From contig CAVZRA010000006.1 in the NCBI GenBank assembly GCA_963777645.1, positions 180,335-244,334 of the forward strand: a stretch of DNA of 64,000 nt, read 5' to 3'. The notes beneath the pieces were generated by a model, which had not been told where the DNA came from, ran no database searches, and was given only the letters and a program-made list of their open reading frames with translations. The first letter of the stretch is position 1. Every line of letters begins with the position of its first letter. A program made the position numbers and the translations under genes. This document shows positions 28,519-40,479 of this stretch, in pieces. This DNA is from an uncultured bacterium (GTDB taxonomy: Bacteria; Actinomycetota; Acidimicrobiia; Spongiisociales; UBA5794).

Positions 28519-30063
28519 CTACTTGCCTTTGGCCTTGGCGATGAGCTCGAGCTGAAGCTGCTTCATAGTCTCGGTGAGCGACACGTGGTAGATGTGTGGG
28601 TTGATGAGACGGCGCACCCCTACGTCCAGCCGGTCCAGATCCTCGACGCGGCGCTCCCGCATCGCCTCGAGGTCGGGAGATTGACCGACTCGCCTCCCAT
28701 CCCGGAAGACCTCGACCAGCAGGTCCTCGATCCTCGTGATGTTGTCGGACGCGATGGTCCTGCTCACCCCGACCTGGTGAGGGTGATGGAGACGGATCTC
28801 ACCGTCGGGAAGAGTCTCGTCGGCAACCCCGATCACATCGGCAGTGGCTCTGCCCCGCCGGTCGTAGAGCCGCCAGATCTGTTTCTGGCCAGGGATCGGC
28901 ACCTTCTCGGGGCTGTCGGAGACTTTTATGGCGGGCACCCAGTTGGCTCCGTCCTTCACCGCCACCAGCTTGTAGACACCGTCGAGTGCCTCGTGACCCT
29001 GGGAGGTGATCAGACGTGTACCGACGCCGTAGACGAGACGATCCATTAGGGGCGACGGGTCTTTGCCGGCGCGGGCGTACTCGTCGAGGATCTGGGCCCG
29101 GATCTGCCAGATCTCGAGCTCGTCCAGGTTCCCGGACAAAACGATCTGAGCTTTGTCGAACCCGGCGGCATCCAGCATGTCTGCGGCCTCGATGCTCAGG
29201 TAGGCGAGGTCACCCGAGTCGAGCCGGATCCCGACCGGCTCGTGGCCTGCGGCACGCAACTCCTCGAAGACCGTGATGGCGTTGGGCACGCCTGATTTGA
29301 GGGTGTTGATGGTGTCGACCAGGAGTATGCAGTCGTCGGGATAGACATCGGCGTAGGCGCGGAACGCCTCGAGCTCTCCCTCCCCCAGCGCCATGAACAC
29401 CTGAACCATCGAGTGGGCATGTGTTCCCTTGGGGTCGACACCGAGCTCGTGGGAGATGCCGACGTTGGAGGTGAAGTCGGCACCACCAATCAGTGCCGCT
29501 CTGCCGCCCGGATTGGCCCCGGACGCCGGGCCCCGTCGCATCCCGAACTCGAGGGCAGGTCGGCCACCCGCCGCATGATGAATCCGCGACGCTTTGGTGG
29601 CAATCAACGTCGGGTAGTTGAGGTGGTTGAGCAGTGACGTCTCGAGGATTTGCACGATGGCGAGCGGCCCCTGTGCAATGACGATTGGCGCGTTGGCGTG
29701 GACGATCCGACCCTCGGGTACCGCCCGCACCAATACCCGGTCAAAGCTGCCGTTTTCGCGCAGCCAGTCGAGGAAATCGTCATCGAAGCGCCGCTGCCCT
29801 GCAGCGTTGGTCTGGCTGCGTAGCAGCGCCAGGTCCGTGTCGGTGAAGTGGGTCTCCTCCATCCAGTCCAGCAACGGGTCGAGACCGGCGAACACGGCGT
29901 AGCCTGCTTGGTGGCGGCCGTAGTTCGGGTAACGGCGGAAGTAGTAGTCGAACTGGGCATGCCGTTCGTGAAGTCCTCTCCGGAAGTACAGCTGCGCCAT
30001 GGTGAGCTGGTACTGGTCTGTGAAGAGAACACCCTCACGCACTTCGCCGAAGTCAATCGTCAT
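28519..30063 (-). CDS. pncB: nicotinate phosphoribosyltransferase
   Basis: 514 aa with a type II NAPRTase layout (LFTDQYQLTMAQ ... HAHSMVQ). Confidence 0.9.
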   Translation of the reverse strand: MTIDFGEVREGVLFTDQYQLTMAQLYFRRGLHERHAQFDYYFRRYPNYGRHQAGYAVFAGLDPLLDWMEETHFTDTDLALLRSQTNAAGQRRFDDDFLDWLRENGSFDRVLVRAVPEGRIVHANAPIVIAQGPLAIVQILETSLLNHLNYPTLIATKASRIHHAAGGRPALEFGMRRGPASGANPGGRAALIGGADFTSNVGISHELGVDPKGTHAHSMVQVFMALGEGELEAFRAYADVYPDDCILLVDTINTLKSGVPNAITVFEELRAAGHEPVGIRLDSGDLAYLSIEAADMLDAAGFDKAQIVLSGNLDELEIWQIRAQILDEYARAGKDPSPLMDRLVYGVGTRLITSQGHEALDGVYKLVAVKDGANWVPAIKVSDSPEKVPIPGQKQIWRLYDRRGRATADVIGVADETLPDGEIRLHHPHQVGVSRTIASDNITRIEDLLVEVFRDGRRVGQSPDLEAMRERRVEDLDRLDVGVRRLINPHIYHVSLTETMKQLQLELIAKAKGK

Positions 30064-31266
30064 TGCTCGTCCTCGTTGGATTCCCTTGAGTTTGCCACGG
30101 ATCGCTCCCCGGCCACACTCTCAGGCACTCCCCCGGCGACGAACACGACGAGCGAGACCAGATTGAACACCACCGCGACCAATGCGGCTGCGGTGATCCC
30201 GGGACCCGTGTAGAGCCTCGGCCCGAGCGCAGATCCAATCGTCCTGCCGAGAGAGAAGCCAACAACGAGCCAGGCGAGGAATCTCGCCCTGGCGTGGGGA
30301 TGGATCTCTGACGCATAGGGGATGCCGGAGACGATGGCCAACTCGAAACCGAAGTAGGTGACCATGATCGCGCTGATGCCGGGGGCGAGCGAGCCGTTGG
30401 CAACGGCGAAGAGCGCAAGGCCTCCGGCAGCCGTGGCTATCCCGGCCATGATCGAGCGGCGCTTCCCGATGTGATCCACAAATGCCGCGGTCGCGGCTTC
30501 CCCGAGCAATTCGGAGATACCGATGAAGACCGCAACGCCGCCTGCGGCGACGAGTGACAGCCCGAACGAGTCTTCCAGCCATGCACCAAGCACAACGAAC
30601 ATCAGCTCGGCCGAGCACGCATAGAGACCGGCAGTCACCAGTAGCGCCACCGACGGGCGATCGACGCGGCAAGCGACCTTCGGCACCGTGCACGTCCCCC
30701 GCGTCACGGTCGAGGAGGCTCGGCAGCAGGATGAGCGCGGCCAGCAGCATTGCTCCAAACAGCCAGAACGGAGAAGCCCACCCGGTCCGTCTGATCATCC
30801 AACCCGTGAACGGTGCACCAAAGAGCAGCGCTCCTGCCCAGGTGAGCTCGAATATCCCGAGGTAGCGGCCACGGCGTGCGTACGGAACACGGTCGGCCAG
30901 ATATGCCTGCGAGGAAACATCAAAGAGCGGCTTAGCCACTCCCATGGCGACGAACCCGACGACCGCACCAGCGAACACCGAGGTCGCCGCGGTCACCAGT
31001 GCACCGACTGCAAACAGCCCGAGCCCGAGCGCGACCAGGTTTCGCCGCGGCCTGCCACGGCTAAGGGCGGACATGACAAAGGGCGTTGGCAAACCGGCGG
31101 CCCACCGCAACGAGATCAGATCACCCGCGCGGTCGAGCGGGATACCAAGCCCGCGGGCAATGGCAGGGAGAAAGAACGAGACAAACCGGGCGGCGGTGTT
31201 GACCACGAGCCGCAACCCGGTCAGATAACCGAGGCTGACTCTGAGACGCACTGTTCGACGAGACAC
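30060..31266 (-). pseudogene. MFS transporter with one frameshift near 30700-30760
   Basis: N-terminal 6 TM in frame 30121-31266 and C-terminal 6 TM in frame 30060-30758. The stop overlaps the pncB start. Confidence 0.7.
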
Positions 31267-31310
31267 TGCCGGAGGCTAGCTGTGACGACCGGGGACGGTG
31301 AGGTGTCGTC

Positions 31311-31905
31311 CGGCTACCCGCGTCTCTCCTCGGCCTCCGCAGCTTTGCGCTCGATCCGCGGGTCGGGTATCAGCCAGATGAGGGCGACTACCACGTAGAG
31401 CCCGCCTGCTATTGCCTGGTGAACAAATGCAAGTGGGATCGCAGCGGCATAGATGACTGGAGAGATCTTCCCTTCCAGTCGCGTCCAACGGCATGTGCGA
31501 GGGTCGAGTCAGGGCCTTCCACGGCCAGGATGCGTCCCTGGAGGATGTAGTAGGCGAGTGCGGCCAGTAGGAGGACTACGCCGTAGACGGCGGTCGGTGC
31601 CCTGGCAAACTCGTTCTCCCCCATCCATCCAGTGACAAATGGCACAAGCGAGAGCCAGAACAGAAGGTGCAGATTGGCCCACAGAATCCCACCGTGACAT
31701 GACTCGTCACCGCAAACATGTGGTGGTGGTTGTTCCAGTAGATACCGAGATATACAAAGCTCAGCACGTAGCTGAGCAGCACGGGACAAAGTCCGCGAAG
31801 CGACGAAAGCTCCGCACCATCAGGCACCCGCAGCTCCAACACCATGATCGTGATGATGATGGCGAGCACTCCATCACTGAAGGCTTCGACTCGACTTGTC
31901 TTCAT
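31311..31905 (-). pseudogene. DUF1211 (TMEM175-like K+ channel family) membrane protein, at least 2 frameshifts
   Basis: MKTSRVEAFSDGVLAIIITIMVLEL (RxExFSDGV...LVLEL motif), then ...LHLLFWLSLVPFVTGWMGEN..., then ...KISPVIYAAAIPLAFVHQAIAGG. These lie in three different frames. Confidence 0.6.
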
Positions 31906-31916
31906 ATCGGCCCCGG

Positions 31917-32063
31917 CCTGATTGTTTGCCCTGCGTACCCTTGACGGGAGTATGCCCGTAGCAAACTCCAACCTGATCGCCTGATTGTTAGCCCTGCGTA
32001 CCCTTGGCGGGATTTGCCCGTGGGCAAACTCCAACCTGATTGTTTGCTCTGCAGACAATCAGG
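31917..32063. repeat. 63-bp direct repeat x2 plus partial third copy, ending in a 9-bp-stem hairpin (cctgattgt...acaatcagg)
   Basis: Units begin cctgattgtt(t/a)gccctgcgtaccctt and end gcaaactccaacctgat. The hairpin sits at the aspA/fumC-like stop codon. Confidence 0.7.
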
Positions 32064-33439
32064 CGATGACCCCGCCCTCGGTCATACGCTTGATGTCGAG
32101 CAACTCGGTGACCTGCTCCTGGGTGAGCCAGCCTTTCTCGACGACGATGTCGGCGACATTCCGCCCCGTGGCGAATGCCTCCTTAGCGGCGATGGCGCCC
32201 TTGTCATAGCCGATATGGGGGTTGAGCGCTGTGACCACAACGATGTTCCGCTCGGCAAGCTCCCTGGCCCGGTCAACGTTGGCCACGATGCCGACGACAC
32301 ACTTGTCTGCAAAGTTGTCAGCAGCGTTGGCGAGCAGGCTGATCGATTGGAGCAGGTTGTAGGCGATCAACGGCATCATCACGTTGAGCTCGAAGTTGCC
32401 GTTTGCCCCGCCCCAGGTAATGGCGACATCATTACCGATGACCTGGCCCGCCACCTGCATCACCATCTCGGACATCACAGGGTTGACTTTGCCGGGCATG
32501 ATCGACGATCCGGGTTGCAGCGACGGCAACTGGATCTCCGCAATACCGGTGCGAGGACCACTCGACAACCAGCGGAGATCGTTGGCGATCTTGAACATCG
32601 AGGTCGCCACGGTCTTCAACGCCCCTGAGGCATTCACGGTGGCATCCTTTGCCGCCTGCGCCTCAAAGTGGTCGTCGGCTTCACGGAATGGGTATCCGGT
32701 AATCGATGCCATGTCGGCGATCACTGCAGCGGGAAACCCGTCTGGGGCATTGAGCCCGCTGCCGACCGCGGTGCCACCCAGGGCAAGCTCCTCGAGCTCG
32801 GGCAGCACCTTCTCGATACGCTCCTTCCCCTTCCTGATCTGCATCGCATAGCCGCCGAACTCCTGACCGAGAGTGACAGGTGTGGCGTCCATCAGATGTG
32901 TTCGACCCGACTTGACGACATCGGCAAACTCGATTGCCTTGTCCCCGAGCGCCCTGTGCAGCTTGTCGAGCGCCGGAAGCAGCTCCTCACGGATCGCCGC
33001 CACCGCAGCAACGTGGATGGCAGCCGGAATGACGTCGTTGGACGACTGCCCGAAGTTGACATGGTCGTTGGGATGAACGTCCTTAGAAAGGAAGTCGCCG
33101 CTGATCAACTCGCGAGGCTCCGGTGGGCGATGACTTCGTTGGCGTTCGTGTTCGTCGAGGTGCCCGGAGCCGGTCTGAAAGATATCGAGCACGAACTGGG
33201 AATCGCAGGCTGCCGTCGCGCACCTCGTCTGCTGCCGCAGCAATGGCCTCGGCTTTGGCGGCATCGACATAGCCTGCCGGTCCGGAGACACGGGCCGCCG
33301 AGCCCTTCAGCAGACCCGAGCGCCCAGATGAAGCGGCGGCTGAATCTGAGATCGGAGATCGGGAAGTTGTCGACCGCCCTTTGTGTCGATGCGCCGTAGA
33401 ACGCATCGTCCGGTACCTGGACCTCACCCATTGAGTCAC
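32059..33439 (-). pseudogene. aspA: aspartate ammonia-lyase / class II fumarase family, N-terminal third broken by at least 3 frameshifts
   Basis: Intact C-terminal part with the GSSIMPGKVNP signature. N-terminal pieces lie in three frames: [39 protein letters not shown] and [29 protein letters not shown]. Confidence 0.7.
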
Positions 33440-34280
33440 GTTCGGTACGCATGTGTCGTCTCCTCCGGAATCGATGTAATCCCGAGAGTAGTGAACCTAG
33501 CGGACCGAGTTTTGAAGAGCGCAGCATCAACAGCAGGCGGGACGATGTCGATCACATCACCGTCGAGGCGCAGCGTCACCACGGACCGCCGATCGTGCTC
33601 GGTCGGCCCCGCGTTGATGATCACATACGGCGTACCCCGCATGGGTGGCGTGACAGCGGTATCGACGCGGCCGGATTGACCGCGAGCGTCGACCCGAGCG
33701 ACAGCACCAGGTCACACCGATCGGCGGCCTTGTGCCACGGGCAAGATCATCGACACGGAGGTCCTGGCCAAAGCTGATCGTTGCCGGCTTGAGGAAGCCG
33801 CCGCATTCGACACACCGGGGGCTCGCCGGTCTCCGAAACGCCTCGAAGTGGGGCTCCGGCTCTGCATCGCTTGCCGACAGCTCTGGCACTCAACCTCACG
33901 GTTGGTGCCGTGGATCTCGATGAGCTTCTCCCTGCTGGTGCCTGCGGCCGCGTGCAACCCGTCGATGTTCTGAGTGACCACCACCTCCAGCTTGCCTGCC
34001 TCCTCCAACCGGACAATGGCAGCGATGCACCTCATTGGGCGCCGCAGCTCCCCACGTCTCGGCATCCTCCATCTTCTGCTGCCAATACGCCCGCCGCTGC
34101 TCGAGATGAGGTCATGAACTCGTGGTAGTAGACAGGGGTACTCGTCTTCCACACTCCCTGCGGGCCCCGATAGTCGGGGATACCGCTCGCGAGTGGATAT
34201 TCCCGCGCCGGTGAAGACGAGGATCCGGTCGGCGGCGCGAAGCAGCTCATGAGGCGATCTCCCATTGATCGACAACCTAG
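33436..34280 (-). pseudogene. Sir2-family NAD-dependent protein deacylase (CobB-like), fragmented over at least 4 frames
   Basis: GAGISTE, SGIPDYRGPQGVWK, QNIDGLH, CQSC...CVECGGFLKP..FGQ and IINAGPT motifs occur in the correct order but in different frames. Confidence 0.6.
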
Positions 34281-34652
34281 CCGACTCGTCATCGGCACCA
34301 CCGGCACATCGTCCAGCGAGAACGTTACGTCCGTGTCGGTCACCTCGATCACGTCGACGGTGTAGTCTGCGAGATCCACAGCCGCGCACCCTCCTGGTCG
34401 TTCGGGAAACGAGCGCTGCCAGTTGAAGTCGAGAGTCCCCTCGTTTCCCGGGTCGAAAATCTGAGGTGGGAGCCGCATAGGTACCCACTTCCTCCCCGGC
34501 TTCGTCAACGAGAACGGCTGTCATATCCACGACGGCTCCCATGTCGGCGCCGCTGACTCTGCCAATCCGCACTCGCCGCTGAACCGTCCTAAGCCGGAGA
34601 AGAGGTACAAGCAGCGGACGTCCCTGATTCACCGGGATCGACAACGGGTCGG

Positions 34653-36010
34653 TCAAGCTCGAAAGGCTCTCCCTGGAATGGGGTACCGAGAGCCGACCCG
34701 GCATATCTGCTCAGCGTCCCACCGCTCCGAGCATGCGGATCGTGCCGAAATCAGCAGGACCGAGGTTGGCAGCGGGAAACTGAACCGAGAATGCCCCCGG
34801 ACTTCAGGCCCCGAAGACAACCCGGGAGGACTGAAAGCGTGGCTCCCGGACGCGGTTTGGAGTAGCCAGGACCCTCCGGCGGCCAGGGATCGTCGCCGGG
34901 TCGTTGCCCCGCGACAACGACGCTGGTGAAGGCCACCGTGACCATGCCGTCTTCGACATAGATCTCCTCGGGTCGAGCAGCCAGGGCGGGGGCGAACTCG
35001 GCAGATAGCCCGCCGGATACTCGGGCGCAGCCGACTCGACTGCCGTTGTGGTAGAGGCGGTCGTCTCACCGAAGACGCCAGCTCGTCGCAGTGCTTTCCT
35101 CGCCATCCGAACAGAACCATGACGAGGTATCCGGCGATCAGCCCGACAATCAGGCCGCCCAGCAGCGGGCTCCAAGGCGATGACGGTCCCGGAATCGAGA
35201 TCATCGAGCGGGGACCGGATCAGCTCTTCGTAATCGATCTCGCTCATGGCGCTGCCAGCTTCGTCGTAGACGAGCATCGAGCCGGTCACCGGGAACAGGT
35301 CGTACCCGGCATTCTCGAGAACGATCGAATCGGGATGCATCATCCCCATCCCAGGTCAACTGCAGACCACCACCCTGACGGCCCGACGCCCGCCAACTAC
35401 CGTCCCCGGGGCGCAATATCGACCCAGGAGTGCCACAGGTCGCCTCCCGATCGAAATCGACGGTGACGATCGTCGAGATGCTCTGCTCGAGCACCGACGT
35501 GAAAGTCACAGTCCCCTGACGCAATTCCCCGGTGCGCTCCCTGCTCGACGGGCAACGTCACTGATGTCACCAAACGGCACAGGGATCCGCCACCCGACCA
35601 GGCGTGATCGTCGCTACCTCATCGTCGGCCGAGGGGAGATCAAAACTCACCGAAGTATCCGATGGGCCAGTGGTAGCGGTGACCGTGTTCCCCGGCGACC
35701 GTGGTCAACTGCCAGACTCAGGAAGCTCCAGCGGATCGCCGGCGGGCATGGCAAATCCGGATTGCTCTTCGTTCGAAGACAATGATGGTGCCAGCCCGAC
35801 CAGGTCGTAATCGAAGAAAGCGACGCCGTCTTCGACGTCGAGGCTCACAGGAAGTATTGCGGTGGCTCCGATCAGCAGCCTCTCCCGGCATGAACCAGGG
35901 CTCAACGGTTTCGACGACCGCGGCGGTGGTCGTGGTCGTTGGAGCGGTGGTGCCAGACGACCCACCCGTCATGGCCAGGGTGACGACCCCGGCGAGCACG
36001 ACGCCGATGA
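34653..36010 (-). pseudogene. degraded gene(s) for a secreted/membrane-anchored hypothetical protein
   Basis: Coding-like composition. Fragments include a lipoprotein-like N-terminus (LAGVVTLAMTGGSSGTTAPTTTTT), an internal TVTFTSVLEQSISTIVTVDFDREATCGTPGS segment and a C-terminal TM segment (LIVGLIAGYLVMVLFGW). No family assigned. Confidence 0.25.
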
Positions 36011-36466
36011 GAAGGCCACTGCGGCAAACCTCCCGACGTTCATATGCCCGGATTCGCCACTACGTAGATCAGGCCGAAGATCGTGAGGGCAATGATGAGA
36101 TGACGTATCGCGACCCACGCCTCGCTGCGACCGACCATATTCAGAGCGGCCCGGAACGGCTCGGTTCCGTATGCGAGATCCCGAAGTACCCGATCCCGGG
36201 TAGTGCCGCCGCGGCAGTGCTGTGTCGAGCTTGCCACCAACCACCTTGTTGTCAGGAACCATTGTCTCGGCACGCCGCTGCAATGGCCTGGCCAGGAACA
36301 TGAGAACCACGACGGTCGCCACTCCCCAGAAGATCACCAGCAGGGCGTTGGTGAGCAGGAGACCAGACAAGCCCGATGACCCAGCCGGTCCACAGGACAC
36401 CGACCTGACGCAGATACCGCGCTTGCGTCGTCCCGGTTCGTCAAAGGTGTACGGCTGCTTATCCAA
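35969..36466 (-). pseudogene. hypothetical membrane protein fragment downstream of sufC paralog
   Basis: TM segments LLLTNALLVIFWGVATVVVLMFLA and IRHLIIALTIFGLIYVV lie in two frames. There is no homolog signature. Confidence 0.2.
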
Positions 36467-37300
36467 CGGGTCCCTCGAATTGAATGGCCCTGAGAATACA
36501 ACCGACAGACAAATCGAATGCAGCGATGGTCAGACGTCGAACGGGCGTGTCCAGCTCCGGCGACGCCAGCGGGGCCTCGCCATCCTGGAGATCAACGTAG
36601 CCGCTCTCCTCGAGTTCGGCTGCGATCTCGGGCCCTCCCGGTGCGAACCACCTTGCCCGCAACCATGACGTGGATCTTGTCGACGTTCATGTACTTGAGG
36701 ATCCGGCTGTAGTGCGTGATGATCAGCACTCCGAGGTCGTCGCTGCGCAGATCCTCGACGATACCCGCCACCTCACGAACCGCATCGATATCGAGGCCTG
36801 AGTCGATCTCATCGAGGATGGCCACCTTCGGGTCGGAGACCGCAAGCTGGAACATCTCGGAGCGCTTCTTCTCACCGCCGGAGAGGCCGCCGTTGACGAA
36901 CCGTTCCCGGAACCGTTCCATGTCGAGTGTCCCGGCGGCGCGTCTCGACCCGTTCCGAGAAGTCGGCGTCGTTGCGGACCTCGCCCATCTCCTGGATCAG
37001 GTCGTCGAGGGTCACTCCCGGGACCTCGACCGGGTACTGAAACGCTTCGAAGAGGCCGACACGGGCACGCTCGTCGACCGGAAGTCCGATCACCTCGGTG
37101 CCACCTACCAGGGCCGACCCGGAAGACCGGTACTCATCCTTGCCCATGAGGACGTGGCACAGCGTCGACTTGCCGGAGCCGTTCGGCCCCATCAGGGCAT
37201 GCACCTCGCCAAACGGCACCTCGATGTTCACCCCTTTGAGGATCTCGAGATCGCCGAAGAAGCGCGGACGTTGGAAACTTGTCAGGGCAGCTGGCATCAG
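36459..37300 (-). pseudogene. sufC: second, divergent SufC paralog with at least 2 frameshifts
   Basis: Walker A GPNGSGKST with FQYPVEVPGV, then LSGGEKKRSE...ILDEIDSGLDIDA...IITHY, then GGPEIAAELEESGY, in three frames. About 45-50% identity to the intact sufC at 26004. Confidence 0.7.
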
Positions 37301-37615
37301 GACACCTCGTCGATCATCAGGTAGACGACGCCATCCTCGACGTCGACTTTGTACACAGGAACCGGGCTGGTTGCCGGAAGCGCAACGAGGCTCACCATCG
37401 GTGAGGCCGAATGCTGCCCCGTGCCTGGGGCACTCGACCTCGCCGTCGAAAACGTCGCCCTCCGACAGTGACGCCTCGGCATGACTGCACCGGTCGCCAA
37501 GCGCATAGACCGCGTCACCGACACGGAACATCGCAATACGCTGGTCGTCAACATCGATTCGGATCCCCGCCTCGTCCGGCAGCTCGGCGAGGGGAGCGAT
37601 CCGAACTCGGGGCAT
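37297..37615 (-). pseudogene. Rieske [2Fe-2S] ferredoxin-like protein of actinobacterial suf operons, one frameshift
   Basis: CSHAEASL...CPRHGAAF (CxH...CxxH) in the N-terminal frame. The C-terminus VPVYKVDVEDGVVYLMIDEVS lies in the second frame. Confidence 0.65.
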
Positions 37616-38903
37616 CAGACCCTCCCCGCCTCCTGGGCGGCGCGGTACTTCGCGTCGATCCAGGAGGTGACAACGCCGGCGATCGCCGGTTCCGGGAACC
37701 TGCTGAGCGCCTCGTTGAAGAAGCCATGCACCAGCAACCGATTGGCCCTGGCATCATCGAGGCCGCGGCTCATCAGGTAGTACCGCTGTTCCTGATCGAG
37801 CGGCCCCATGGTCGAGCCGTGGCCGCAGCGCACGTCATTGGCCAGGATCTCGAGATTCGGCACCGACTGTGCCGATGCGCCATCTGAGAGAATCAGATTT
37901 CGATTCGTCTGGAAGGAGTTTGTTTTCTGCGCATCCTCTTCGATCCGGATCATCCCGGTGAAAACCGACAGCGCCTTGTCCTGGACCGCTCCCTTCAGGA
38001 ACATGTCGCTGTTGGTGTTCACACCTTCATGGTGCATGGTGTACCGGTAGTCGAGAATCTGATCTCTCATCACCGAAGTAGGCCCCGACGATATTGGCGG
38101 ATGATCCGTCGCCTTCGAAGCCCACATCGAGGAGCAGCCGGGAGATCGAGCCCCCGAGCCCCGCCTCACCAAGATGCAGCGAGCCGTCACGCCCGAGGGA
38201 GACCCTCGCATGCGAGATGGCGCGTACCTTGCGGCCCCAATGCTGGATAACGGTCACCTTGAGGTTTGCGTTGGTGCCGACGGAGATCTCGAGTTGTGGG
38301 ATCACCAGGGCATCAACATCGTCGTCCGACCGGTATCGGACAACAACCGACGCCTGCGACGATTCCTCGGCAGCTAGCGACAAATGAGGGAAGCTGACGG
38401 CACCGCTTGTTGCAGCCTGCACGTCGACGAAGAACGGGCGCTCTATGGCAACGCCCCTGGGAACGACCAGCGCAACGCCGTCGCCACCGAATGCTGCATG
38501 GGCGGCGGCAAACTTGTCTACATCGGCCGGGAATGCCGGCACCGAAGTATGGCTCCAGGAGGCCGGGTTGATCGGCGAGCACACTGCTGATCGAACCGAA
38601 AACTGCCCCGGACGAACCGGGTTGTGTGGAGATCGCAACGCCGTCGACGACGAGCACGGATCCGGCGATGTCGGTAAGCGCCGCCGCAATGCCGGCGTCC
38701 TGTTCCCCGGCAGCACCGGGGGCGTCCGGGAATCGAGAAGTCTTCCAACGAGAAGTCGAGATCGACGTACCGCCACACTTCCTCCGTTGGCGATGGCATC
38801 GGCAGCTTCTCGTAGTAGGCCAGCGCCGCCGCTCGGCGCTCGGCCAGCCAGGCCGGATCGGAGGCTCCGGCCGCGGCAGAAGCCTGAGAATCAAGGGTCT
38901 TCA
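37615..38903 (-). pseudogene. sufD: Fe-S cluster assembly protein SufD, at least 2 frameshifts
   Basis: N-terminal AWLAERRAAALAYYEKLPMPSPTEEVWRYVDL, a middle beta-helix region, and C-terminal YTMHHEGVNT...NRNLILSDGA...CGHGSTMGPLDQEQRYYLMSRGL in three frames. Confidence 0.7.
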
Positions 38904-39140
38904 CACATATCTCCTGTTGCGAGCACAAACGAGGTTAACCGCCCTGCGATTGCTTCAGAAAACGGTGGGAACACCGCGCTTTGACTCCGATTGCAGGCAT
39001 TCCGGATGGGCGACGGTGAGCTACCTCGAAGCCCCACTCCAGACGCGCGGCGCGGTCTGCCGATAACGCATAGCTCCCGACTGCAGATAAAGTGCCGGGC
39101 CCGCAACACACAATCTTCCCCGATACCCCCTGTGATTCCC

Positions 39141-39743
39141 ATGTTCATTCACGCACCACGTATCTTCACCATTATCTCTTTCGCCGTTGTGATCGCTCTC
39201 AGCGCATCGGTGGCACCCACTCCTGCTTTGGCATCGTCGTCACACGACGACTTCGTGCTCACCCACTTCCCCCACATCGACGTCACGTCTCACTTCGCCA
39301 ACGACTTCGGCAACGCCCGCTCGGGGGGCAGGCACCATCAGGGCACCGACATCTTCGGCGAGAAGCACTCGCCTGTGCTTGCGGTCGCCGACGGCTTCGT
39401 CACTGCCATCCGCAAGGGTGGGACATCCGGCTATTACGTCCGCATCGAGCACAGAGATGGTTGGGAGAGCTGGTACATGCATCTCAACAACGATGATCCT
39501 GGAACCGACGACGGTAGAGGGGGGCCTGCACTGGCCTACGCCCCCGACCTCGAGGTCGGCATGTATGTTGCGTCTGGAACAATCATCGGATATGTCGGTG
39601 ACTCAGGGAACGCAGAAGGCTCCTCGCCCCACACCCACTTCGAGCTACATCACAACGGCCGTGTGGTCAACCCGTATCCGTACCTGGCGGCCGCGCATGA
39701 TCGCTGGATGCGGTACCTCGATCTCCGCGACGAAGTTCAATGA
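39141..39743 (+). CDS. secreted M23 family metallopeptidase (LytM-like)
   Basis: Signal peptide, HHQGTDI (HxxxD) and HTHFELH (HxH) motifs. Confidence 0.8.
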   Translation: MFIHAPRIFTIISFAVVIALSASVAPTPALASSSHDDFVLTHFPHIDVTSHFANDFGNARSGGRHHQGTDIFGEKHSPVLAVADGFVTAIRKGGTSGYYVRIEHRDGWESWYMHLNNDDPGTDDGRGGPALAYAPDLEVGMYVASGTIIGYVGDSGNAEGSSPHTHFELHHNGRVVNPYPYLAAAHDRWMRYLDLRDEVQ

Positions 39744-40440
39744 GGTCCCGTGCTCGCTGGAAGACACCCTTCGAGCATGTCTCGGGTCAACCTGCCGGTG
39801 AACGTGTTCTGCTGACTCGGATGGAACGATGTCAGCACGGTGCGCCCATCGGCAAGGGGGATCTCCCGTCCGTGAGCAAATTTCGGTCGTGGTCGTGGCA
39901 GCGTGGTCGAAACAGCGAGATAGCGCCATAGCGATACAAATGCGTACTGGCCGAGCGTCACATAGACCCGGGCCGAGCCGAACAGGTCGAGTTCGGCGAT
40001 GAAACCACCCCGAGCAGTTGTCTCGCTCTTGCGGCTCCGGCTTGTTCTGCGGCGGGGCACAGCGCACCGGCGCCGTGATCCAGGCGTTGCCCAGCACCAG
40101 GCCATCGTCACGGCTCACCGATTCAGGCCGGTTTGCGAAACCGGACCCATGAAGTGCCCGATACAGCCACTCGCCACTCCGGTCCCCGGTGAACATTCGC
40201 CCTGTGCGGTTGGCCCCGTGCGCTGCCGGCGCCAATCCGATCGACCACAAGCTCTGCGCGCGGGGTCGCCAAAGCCCGGTACCGGCCGCCCCCAGTACTC
40301 CTCGTCGATGAATGCGACGCGCTTGTTCGCCGCCACCTGCTCCCGCCAGGCGACGAGCCGGGGACAGCGGCGACAGCCGATGATCTCCGCGGTAAGTTCT
40401 GGAGCTCTGGAGTCATTCCGGCGGAGGCAGGAGGCCGGTG
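39737..40440 (-). pseudogene. uracil-DNA glycosylase family 5 (UdgB-like), at least 2 frameshifts
   Basis: CRRCPRL (4Fe-4S Cys), [22 protein letters not shown] (family-5 motif A) and [10 protein letters not shown] (motif B) lie in three frames. Confidence 0.6.
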
Positions 40441-40479
40441 TTGAAATGGGTCCCGGCGCTCCACAGCATCCAGCCAAAC

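Noticed and set aside
33436-34280. Sir2 domain as a possible antiphage (Thoeris/DSR-type) effector
   Set aside because: The motif set (GAGIS, GIPDYRG, QNIDGLH, Zn ribbon CxxC...CxxC, FGQ) and the roughly 250-aa size match housekeeping CobB. There are no partner defence genes and the gene is heavily frameshifted.
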